From the IMG/VR virus record IMGVR_UViG_3300011116_000922, positions 83,411 to 147,410 of that record: 64,000 bases of DNA, one strand, 5' to 3'. This DNA is from a virus. Of this stretch, positions 55,295 through 62,606 are shown piece by piece (position 1 is the first letter of the stretch; every line of letters begins with the position of its first letter). The notes beneath the pieces are model-generated. The model was not told where the DNA came from. It did not search any database and saw nothing but the letters and a program-made list of their open reading frames with translations. Both the position numbers and the translations under genes were made by a program.

Positions 55295-55499
55295 AACCAA
55301 CATCAAGACACAGATCGTAAACAACCCCCACCGTGGCGGATCACCGTGTGTAGCCATCTTTGGTGTGGACACACGCGAAGCAGTTGATTCGTATACTGCT
55401 GATGAAATGAACGAACTCATTGACATGATGGAGAAGGCAATTGCCGATCTCCGCGCCGCGCAAATTCTAGACGGGAATCTGCCCACTCTGTTTGACTGA
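55281..55499 (+). CDS. hypothetical protein
   Basis: Operon context. Confidence 0.55.
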   Translation: MESTKTNIKTQIVNNPHRGGSPCVAIFGVDTREAVDSYTADEMNELIDMMEKAIADLRAAQILDGNLPTLFD

Positions 55500-55509
55500 A
55501 TAAATACTT

Positions 55510-55582
55510 GCCTTCGTAGCGCAATTGGCAGCGCAGTTGACTTTTAATCAATTGGTTGTGGGTTCGACTCCCACCGGGGGCA
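55510..55582 (+). tRNA. tRNA-Lys(UUU)
   Basis: GTTGA-CTTTTAA-TCAAT; GGTTCGACTCC. Confidence 0.92.
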
Positions 55583-55600
55583 CTAATAAAGGAATCTAAA

Positions 55601-56038
55601 ATGGCAAAGAAGAACACAAAGAAGCCTGTCAGCAAACGCAACAAGACCACTGCTGCTCCCAAGACCCGTAAGCCTCGCGCACAGAAGCCCGAGGTTGTGG
55701 TCACCACCGAACCTGCTATCACCACGGTTTACCCGGAAGTGAATGCTGTTGAGATCCCGAGCGATCCGCAGGTGGTTTTGGAGGTTGCGTCAACCGTGCC
55801 TCCCGCTCCCATTGAGGTCGAATATACTAAAGTAAATACGAATGTTTTTGATTCTGCTTGGGAATGGATTACTTTCAAGTTGGACGATGCCAAGGTCTTT
55901 TGGAAGAAGACCGACCGAATTGCAGCAATTCGTGATTTTGCGTTCACCCATCCGCTAATTTTTGGAATTGGGTTTGCCGCTGTGGTGGGTGCAGTTGCTT
56001 TGGGCGCGGCTGTGGCTTTCCGATATTTGAGATGGTGA
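55601..56038 (+). CDS. C-terminally anchored membrane protein
   Basis: Basic N-terminus, terminal TM segment. Confidence 0.65.
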   Translation: MAKKNTKKPVSKRNKTTAAPKTRKPRAQKPEVVVTTEPAITTVYPEVNAVEIPSDPQVVLEVASTVPPAPIEVEYTKVNTNVFDSAWEWITFKLDDAKVFWKKTDRIAAIRDFAFTHPLIFGIGFAAVVGAVALGAAVAFRYLRW

Positions 56039-56180
56039 TCCAAAACAAATAATAGAAAATCGACCGTAGGGGTTGACATACACCGTAGACCTGCTACAAT
56101 TAGGACATCGAAACGCGGAATGATGGTTGAGCCGCCATCCGAAGCGTAAACCTATGAGGCTCACATTTGGAGACTTTGCT

Positions 56181-56438
56181 ATGAAGAATCGTAAGAACTA
56201 CACCGTTACCGTGACTGTCGCCCTTTACGAGAACAGCACGGACGGCAAGTTTGATGCGTTTGCCCGCCGCATCAGCGGCACCAACATCATGCTGAAGAAT
56301 GCCCGTGACGAGGGTGATGACACCCGTTCGTACACCTTCGGCTGCACCGAGCAGGGCGTTGCCATCCTGCTCTCGCGTTGGAGCAAGCGTCTTGGCAGCG
56401 GCATGGCTGATGCGTCTGTCAGCGTCAACAACGCCTAA
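56181..56438 (+). CDS. hypothetical early protein
   Basis: Promoter TTGACA-16-TACAAT at 56073; GGAG RBS. Confidence 0.7.
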   Translation: MKNRKNYTVTVTVALYENSTDGKFDAFARRISGTNIMLKNARDEGDDTRSYTFGCTEQGVAILLSRWSKRLGSGMADASVSVNNA

Positions 56439-56526
56439 TCCGCGTAGTTGATCGTGGTCTAGGGGGTGGGAGCATCGCGCTCCCGCCCCTTGGGTGTTTC
56501 TGTAACTTCCATACAAGGAGAATTGC

Positions 56527-56883
56527 ATGATCTATTTGAATACGCGCAACAAGGCTTCTGTTTTCAGTGCATACGCTCTTTTGAGCGTGATCGGTTTTGG
56601 TGGACTGTGGTTTGGTGCAAAGGGCGGGGAAAGCCTGTCTGCCACCGAGTCGTTCCTTGCTTTCTACGGGTTCCTGTCCACCACCGTAGTTTTCTATATG
56701 CTTGCAGGGCAGAAGGCATCGCTTGAGCATCTGACGGATGTCGTTACCGATGAGGCAAGCGACCGCAGTCGGGAGATCGAAGCGGTGTATCGTCATATTT
56801 CTGCTGAAGTTGATGCGGTTCGTGATATTGTCGATGACTGCGACAAGTCTACGAAGGATTGCTGCAACAAGGCTGCTTTCTAA
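56527..56883 (+). CDS. two-TM membrane protein
   Basis: AAGGAG RBS; two TM segments plus coiled coil. Confidence 0.65.
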   Translation: MIYLNTRNKASVFSAYALLSVIGFGGLWFGAKGGESLSATESFLAFYGFLSTTVVFYMLAGQKASLEHLTDVVTDEASDRSREIEAVYRHISAEVDAVRDIVDDCDKSTKDCCNKAAF

Positions 56884-56946
56884 AGCAGCACCCCGAGGTA
56901 GCAATGGTTACAGGGGGGTTCGATTCCCCCCGCTACTTTTTTCACT

Positions 56947-57390
56947 ATGAACGCGAAGCGCATTCAAAGATTGTTGGAAACGGCTTATCCGCTGTGCTTG
57001 AACATCAAGCGGCAGAAAAAGCACATTTCCTTCATTCTCCGTAAGGGCAGAATCGTTGCCGTTGGGCAGAATCGGTTCAAGACCCATCCGAAGGCAAAGG
57101 AAAAGGGATACATGTTCGAAGAAATGCACTCCGAATTGGATGCATTTTTGAAATTGGACGCTCCTGAACGCGATTTGGTGCTGTTCAATGTGCGATTTAA
57201 CAGTTTGGGCAAGATGCGGATGGCGCGACCGTGTGAACGGTGTATGCCGTGGTGCTATGGGGCCTTTTCGGAGATTTGGTACACCACCGATCAGGGTGTC
57301 ATGCTGCACGGCAACACTCTTTTTCCGCTAAATATAGTGAAACCCCGACAGGAGATCACTACCGATGAAGAAATTTTCTCAATATCTTGA
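56947..57390 (+). CDS. cytidine/adenosine deaminase-fold protein
   Basis: HSE and ARPCERC zinc motifs. Confidence 0.8.
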   Translation: MNAKRIQRLLETAYPLCLNIKRQKKHISFILRKGRIVAVGQNRFKTHPKAKEKGYMFEEMHSELDAFLKLDAPERDLVLFNVRFNSLGKMRMARPCERCMPWCYGAFSEIWYTTDQGVMLHGNTLFPLNIVKPRQEITTDEEIFSIS

Positions 57391-58219
57391 CCAAAAGGGT
57401 CTAAATGAATGGGTTGCACGGAAAGATGTGCAGGAAGTACCCCTCATTGAGTCCAAACTGTCCCGCGTGTTCCAGTATGTGGAAGACGATGAGAAGGACT
57501 TTGGCATTGTGTCTGCATTTCGTGGCGAAAATTCGCGTGAGCAGAACAAGAAACTCCACGAAGAACTAAAAAAGCGCATTCGTGACATGGGTTACGGCTA
57601 TATTGAACTCAAGGGTGGCTACCAAGAAGAAAGTGGTGTCGTTGAAGAGTTGAGTGTACTCATTCCCAACATCAAGAAGTCTGAAATTGTGCAGTTGGGA
57701 CGGCATTACGGTCAGCATTCCGTGATGTACAAGAACAACGAGGATTTCTACTATATCGGAACCAATGAATCTGCCGGAATAGGCAAGGTTCTCATGCGTT
57801 TCAAGAAGGGCGAAGGACAAAACAATCTTGAACTTGCCAAGCACAAGGTCGTACAGTTCTTTTCGCAGTTGCGTAAGGGCGCACACAAGGGCAAGAAGTT
57901 TGTATTCAATGTAAAGGACGAGCCGGAATCCACTGGTGGAGAAGAAAAGTCCGGCGAATCTGCTGCTGCGGCACACAAGCACAAGCCCGGTGATGTATGG
58001 AAGACCTCTAGTGGTCTGTTTGGCGGCATGGACAGCGAAGGCAACTACGAGTATTTCGAAGATCAGGAAGCCGCGCAGCGTTATGCCAAGAAGCATCGCA
58101 AGGGGTACAAGATCCAAGAACGGGAAGAGTGGAATTTTGCCAAGGCAGCGTACCTACGCCGTGGCGAAGACCCCAAGTGGATAACAATTTTTGAGGATTC
58201 TTCAGACGAACTCTCCTAA
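57365..58219 (+). CDS. putative capsid-targeted protein with inserted HKPGDVWKT module
   Basis: MKKFSQYL; VSAFRG...N...YGQHSV; CTAAATA upstream. Confidence 0.7.
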   Translation: MKKFSQYLDQKGLNEWVARKDVQEVPLIESKLSRVFQYVEDDEKDFGIVSAFRGENSREQNKKLHEELKKRIRDMGYGYIELKGGYQEESGVVEELSVLIPNIKKSEIVQLGRHYGQHSVMYKNNEDFYYIGTNESAGIGKVLMRFKKGEGQNNLELAKHKVVQFFSQLRKGAHKGKKFVFNVKDEPESTGGEEKSGESAAAAHKHKPGDVWKTSSGLFGGMDSEGNYEYFEDQEAAQRYAKKHRKGYKIQEREEWNFAKAAYLRRGEDPKWITIFEDSSDELS

Positions 58220-58414
58220 ATAGTCAAGGAGCAAATGTCAAAAAATCCACAAACTCATAGGGAAAAACTAAAGTCTTTCCTTCTGAAGAATGCTGTTTCT
58301 AAAATTAGAAGCGGTAAACGGAACGGTGGGTCGAAATCAAATAATCGAAAATCTCGTTGACCTCTTGACACTCCCCTAGATTCTGCTATCATTATCTGTG
58401 AAAGGACTTGATCC

Positions 58415-58825
58415 ATGACTCTGAAGACTCTCTCACTCTCTACCGTTCTTACTGCCACAGCACTCCTCACCGCACCCGCTGCTGCCCAATACGGCGGCAG
58501 TTCTATCGGCGTGAACTTTGGTGGTGCGTACAGCAAGACCACGGTCACTGGCCCTAACGGCAAGTCGGCTAGCATCAGCAACACTTCTATCGGCGGCAGT
58601 ATTGGAATGAATGCTGCAAGCGGATACGGTTACGGTGGTGGCTACGGCTACGGTGGCGGATACGGTTACGGCGTTTACGGCGGTTGTGAGCCGTGTGTGC
58701 CTGTGTACTCCCCGTTCACCCGCTGCTACGGCGCACCGTACTATCCCGCTGTTGTGATGCCGTACTACGGTGGATGCGCGGTGCCTGTGTACCCCGTGTG
58801 TGGTGGTCAGTTCATTGTTCGCTAA
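58415..58825 (+). CDS. secreted Gly/Tyr-rich protein
   Basis: Signal peptide ending AAA; GYGYGG repeats; promoter TTGACA-16-TATCAT. Confidence 0.75.
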   Translation: MTLKTLSLSTVLTATALLTAPAAAQYGGSSIGVNFGGAYSKTTVTGPNGKSASISNTSIGGSIGMNAASGYGYGGGYGYGGGYGYGVYGGCEPCVPVYSPFTRCYGAPYYPAVVMPYYGGCAVPVYPVCGGQFIVR

Positions 58826-58846
58826 TTGAAACCCGGAGAAACACCA

Positions 58847-59146
58847 ATGCGTTTCGCTGCACTCGTTGTCACTGCTGTCTCGCTTTCCACTTTCGGTTGT
58901 GCCACTGAAACCAATATCACGCGCACCGTGCATCACGCCAATGGTTCCACGGAAGTGTACGAGAACAAGAGCAAGGGCTACAACTACAATCCCAACTTCA
59001 CCGGAACGGCTGAACAGTCCGTTCACATCCGCGACTACGGTTACGGATACGGTGGCTACGGAATGTACGGTGGCATGGGATACGGTGGTATCCCTGTTGC
59101 TCCAGTTGTTCCCAACTACGGTCAGTACGGATACCCGTTCCGTTAA
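58847..59146 (+). CDS. Gly/Tyr-rich lipoprotein
   Basis: Lipobox-like TFGC; YGYGYGGYG. Confidence 0.7.
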   Translation: MRFAALVVTAVSLSTFGCATETNITRTVHHANGSTEVYENKSKGYNYNPNFTGTAEQSVHIRDYGYGYGGYGMYGGMGYGGIPVAPVVPNYGQYGYPFR

Positions 59147-59153
59147 TTGCACT

Positions 59154-59226
59154 GGGCCTATCGTCTAGTGGTCAAGGATAGGGGCCTTTCAAGCCCTTGA
59201 CCGGGGTTCGAATCCCCGTAGGCTCA
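59154..59226 (+). tRNA. tRNA-Glu(UUC)
   Basis: GGGGC-CTTTCAA-GCCCT; GGTTCGAATCC. Confidence 0.92.
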
Positions 59227-59485
59227 CTAAAGGATGCTTCGATGATTAATTAAACTCACTTATATTGTTAATTGCCCATCCCTTTCTGCACCTATGTACA
59301 AGGTCGGCTGATCCCCACTAGACGCAGAATAAAACCAACGGTACTCGTATCCTGTTAAGGTACGAGATATGCGCGGAACGCAAGAGAAGATTGGGCTTCT
59401 TGCGGCGGTGACTTCAGAGTACCGTGGCACATTGCACTCATCTGAAATGGTTGGGCGGCTCCATTCAAAAGCCGCCGCTTTTTTT

Positions 59486-59573
59486 GCGTAGTCAGCGTCA
59501 GGCTGCTAGGGTCACCTACTTGCAAGGGGTGATCTGATACAGAGCAATAGAGGTGCAAGTCCTTCGCTACGCT
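59486..59573 (+). ncRNA. non-canonical tRNA-like element
   Basis: GCGTAGT/GCTACGC closing stem, D-like hairpin, extended anticodon-like arm, GG-TGCAAGT-CC T-loop. Confidence 0.55.
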
Positions 59574-59577
59574 TTTT

Positions 59578-59666
59578 GGACAGGTGGCAGAGTGGTCGAA
59601 TGCGGCGGTTTGCTAAATCGCTGAAGGCATAAATGTCTTCCGAAGGTTCGAATCCTTCCTTGTCCG
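59578..59666 (+). tRNA. tRNA-Ser(GCU)
   Basis: Long variable arm; loop TTGCTAA. Confidence 0.93.
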
Positions 59667-59671
59667 CTTTT

Positions 59672-59743
59672 TGACTCGTAGCACAACGGTAGTGCAATCC
59701 GCTGTTAACGGATCGGTTGAAGGTTCGAATCCTTCCGAGTCAG
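59672..59743 (+). tRNA. tRNA-Asn(GUU)
   Basis: ATCCG-CTGTTAA-CGGAT. Confidence 0.93.
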
Positions 59744-59744
59744 T

Positions 59745-59815
59745 TCGCCCGTGGTGTAACGGTAGCACCGGAGATTTTGGTCCTCCTTGTCTTGGTTCGA
59801 ATCCAAGCGGGTGAA
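59745..59815 (+). tRNA. tRNA-Gln(UUG)
   Basis: Loop TTTTGGT; GGTTCGAATCC. Confidence 0.9.
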
Positions 59816-59869
59816 ATATTCTATATCAGACTACTACTCTGTCTAAATAGAGATACGGAGGAACATAGT

Positions 59870-60262
59870 ATGTCTATTTTTTCGAATACAAAAAACCCAA
59901 AACATCAAGGAATGATTGGTGAATCTAGAGCAATCTATGAATACACCAAAATGGGAATGGTAGTTTCTAAACCCATCATGGAATGTGACTATGATCTATT
60001 AGTAGATGATGGATCATCTATAAGAAAAGTTCAAGTTAAAACAACGACACAATCATCAAGAAAAACATCTTGCCCAATTTGCAATTTGCGCGTCATGGGA
60101 GGAAACCAATCTTTCACTACAGAAAAGAAAAGAAGTATGGAAGATTGGGATATTCTTTTTGTCATGTCTGATGATGGAAACTGTTGGTCGATTCCATCTT
60201 CCGAGTTTGACGCAACAACTGCTTTGACATTAACCGAGAAGTTTGATAGGTTTAAACTGTAA
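59870..60262 (+). CDS. free-standing PD-(D/E)XK endonuclease (PDDEXK_5-like)
   Basis: GMIGE, YDLLVD, KVQVKT; AT-rich; inside tRNA cluster. Confidence 0.85.
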   Translation: MSIFSNTKNPKHQGMIGESRAIYEYTKMGMVVSKPIMECDYDLLVDDGSSIRKVQVKTTTQSSRKTSCPICNLRVMGGNQSFTTEKKRSMEDWDILFVMSDDGNCWSIPSSEFDATTALTLTEKFDRFKL

Positions 60263-60292
60263 AGAACCTGTTCAAGCCTCCGCTCCCATTTT

Positions 60293-60363
60293 GCCCCCAT
60301 AGTATAGTGGTAATACCCTTGACTTGTAATCAAGAGACATCAGTTCGATTCTGATTGGGGGCT
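60293..60363 (+). tRNA. tRNA-Thr(UGU)
   Basis: CTTGA-CTTGTAA-TCAAG. Confidence 0.9.
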
Positions 60364-60406
60364 TTGTTAACAAATAGTTCAAGCATTTCGCGGATGAACA
60401 TAGGGT

Positions 60407-60604
60407 ATGGAAACACTAGCACTTACTCTCTACGGAATCGGGGCAGTAGCCTCTCTCACAGCGGCTGCGCTAAAAATTCACGCACACGGATACGCCAAGG
60501 GTTACGAAGCCGGAAAGAAGTACGGCTTTGCTGACGGATTGAATCGGGCACGGATAAACCATTCAAAGCAAGCCCCCCGCAAGCGGGAGGCAGTGGGAGT
60601 ATAA
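60407..60604 (+). CDS. small membrane protein
   Basis: TM segment plus GY.KGY..G motif. Confidence 0.55.
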   Translation: METLALTLYGIGAVASLTAAALKIHAHGYAKGYEAGKKYGFADGLNRARINHSKQAPRKREAVGV

Positions 60605-60625
60605 ATATACTCTACGGAGGCTCAT

Positions 60626-61000
60626 ATGGTTATTCCTGAACTGCTTGGTCTACAAAATCAAATCCGCGTCCTGCACTGGCAAACCTCGTCCTATGCCGAA
60701 CACAAGGCATTGGGCAAGTGCTATGAAGCCCTTGATCCGCTTGTAGACCAGTTTGTGGAAACCTATTTCGGAATCCACGGACGACACACTGCTGTTGCGG
60801 CAGAAGAGTCCACCCGTGCCCCTCTTGAAATTCAAGACTACGGAGACATCAGTCCTGCTGAAGTGATTGATGACGGCATCGCGTACCTGACCAAAGAAAT
60901 CGAACAGTATTTGGAAGACACCGATACCGATCTGCTCAACATTCGGGACGAGATGCTGTCGGTGCTGAAACAGACGCGCTACCTGCTCTCCCTCAAATAA
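60626..61000 (+). CDS. ferritin/Dps-like protein (DUF5856-like)
   Basis: LHWQTSSYAEHKALG..YE.LD..VD.FVE; LNIRDEM; TATAAATA promoter. Confidence 0.85.
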   Translation: MVIPELLGLQNQIRVLHWQTSSYAEHKALGKCYEALDPLVDQFVETYFGIHGRHTAVAAEESTRAPLEIQDYGDISPAEVIDDGIAYLTKEIEQYLEDTDTDLLNIRDEMLSVLKQTRYLLSLK

Positions 61001-61277
61001 AGTCCGATAACCGTAGTCCGATAACTACCCCCGTTTGCAGCGTCCTGTGGGGGGTTTTCGACCCTGCGGAGCCGCCTAGAATGCCCTACGGCGCGTCCGG
61101 TGGCCCAAGTGGGGTCATGGCACGGTTTAGGCCCGGAATGCCCTAAAACCTGCCTAAACCCCGCCAAAGGCAAATCTCAATTTTTCAGCCTTGACACGCA
61201 GTTTTTGCCGTGTATCCTACCTGTTCGATGCGTGAATGCCACGCACCTACATACAACACATGAGCGAGAGGCTACAC

Positions 61278-61493
61278 ATGGAAGTAAACAACGCACGATT
61301 TCCTAAAGAAGTAGAAGACCACGCAAAACGCTACAGCGTTTCATATATTGATTCTGTGATTGCGGTTTGCGAACGGTACGGAATCGAACCCCAAGTTGCA
61401 GCCAAATTTTTGAACAAGCCAATTATTGAAAAGATTCGGGCTGAAGGACAAGACCTGAATCTGCTGCCAAAAAAGGCAAAACTTCCCGTTTGA
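61278..61493 (+). CDS. gp33: late-transcription coactivator
   Basis: SYIDSVIAVCE...IEKIRAEGQDLNLL...KLP; adjacent to gp32. Confidence 0.85.
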   Translation: MEVNNARFPKEVEDHAKRYSVSYIDSVIAVCERYGIEPQVAAKFLNKPIIEKIRAEGQDLNLLPKKAKLPV

Positions 61494-61599
61494 ATCTTGA
61501 CATAACACAGGGGTTGGCTATACTAGCCTACATAACTGTGTCTGATCTTTTCGTCACACACATCAACACACACGGTACATCAAGTACAAGGAGATACGC

Positions 61600-62553
61600 A
61601 TGAGTTTCAAGGACATGAAGAATCGTTCCAATTCGCCCACTTCGTATCAGTCGCTTTCGGCTGAAATGGAGAAACTGAACAAGCGTTCAGAGTCCTACAA
61701 GGACGACCGATTTTGGAAGCCCACTCTAGACAAGACTTCGAACGGCTACGCGGTGATTCGCTTTCTTCCGTCTGTTGATGGAGAGGATCTGCCGTGGGCA
61801 CGGGTTTGGAATCACGGTTTCCGTGGTCCGGGTGGTTGGTACATCGAAAACTCGCTCACCACCATTGGTCTAAAGGATCCGGTTTCAGAACTAAATTCCC
61901 AGTTGTGGGCTAGCGGATCGGATGACGACAAGAAGATTGCGCGTGATCGTAAGCGCAGACTCTCGTATGTCAGCAACATTCTTGTTGTCAGCGACCCCAA
62001 GAACCCGGCAAACGAGGGCAAGGTGTTCCTGTTCCGATACGGCAAGAAGATTTTTGAGAAGATTCAGGAAGCAATGAATCCTCAATATCAGGACGAGAAG
62101 CCCATGAACCCCTTTGACTTTTGGGGTGGGGCTGAGTTCAAGTTAAAGATTCGTCAGGTGGACGGCTATGTAAACTACGACCGTAGTGAGTTTGCAGAAT
62201 CGGCTGCTCTTCTTGGTGGCGATGACAAGGCTCTAGAGGAACTGTGGAAGAAGCAGTATGCCCTCAAGGAGTTCACCGACCCCAAGAACTTCAAGTCATA
62301 TGATGAGTTGAAGACGCGGTTGCACGAAGTTCTCGGTGGAGACATTCGCGCTTCCGTAAACGAGTCTGCTGTGAAGGGTGGTGCTGAAACCGCTTCTTTT
62401 GATGATGATGACTCTGCTCCCGCCCGCCCTGTGCGGAAGTCAGCGGTGGCTGACGCTCCCGCTCCCAAGCGTGAGGTCAAGCGGGCTGTGGAGTCCGATG
62501 ACGAAACAGAGGACGCTCTGTCGTACTTTGAGAAGTTGGCTGGCGACGAGTAA
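61600..62553 (+). CDS. gp32: single-stranded DNA-binding protein
   Basis: DDRFWKP, GYAVIRFLP, WYIENSLTT, NEGKVFL..YGKKIF, acidic tail. Confidence 0.96.
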   Translation: MSFKDMKNRSNSPTSYQSLSAEMEKLNKRSESYKDDRFWKPTLDKTSNGYAVIRFLPSVDGEDLPWARVWNHGFRGPGGWYIENSLTTIGLKDPVSELNSQLWASGSDDDKKIARDRKRRLSYVSNILVVSDPKNPANEGKVFLFRYGKKIFEKIQEAMNPQYQDEKPMNPFDFWGGAEFKLKIRQVDGYVNYDRSEFAESAALLGGDDKALEELWKKQYALKEFTDPKNFKSYDELKTRLHEVLGGDIRASVNESAVKGGAETASFDDDDSAPARPVRKSAVADAPAPKREVKRAVESDDETEDALSYFEKLAGDE

Positions 62554-62574
62554 GCCAACCCCCATCACAGCAAG

Positions 62575-62606
62575 AGAGAGGCACACTTCGGTGTGCCTTT
62601 TTCTTT
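62575..62606. terminator. bidirectional terminator
   Basis: AGGCACAC-TTCG-GTGTGCCT then T-run. Confidence 0.85.

Noticed and set aside
60263-60290. Possible tRNA 3' remnant (GTTCAAGCCTCCGCTCCCA)
   Set aside because: T-stem does not pair convincingly
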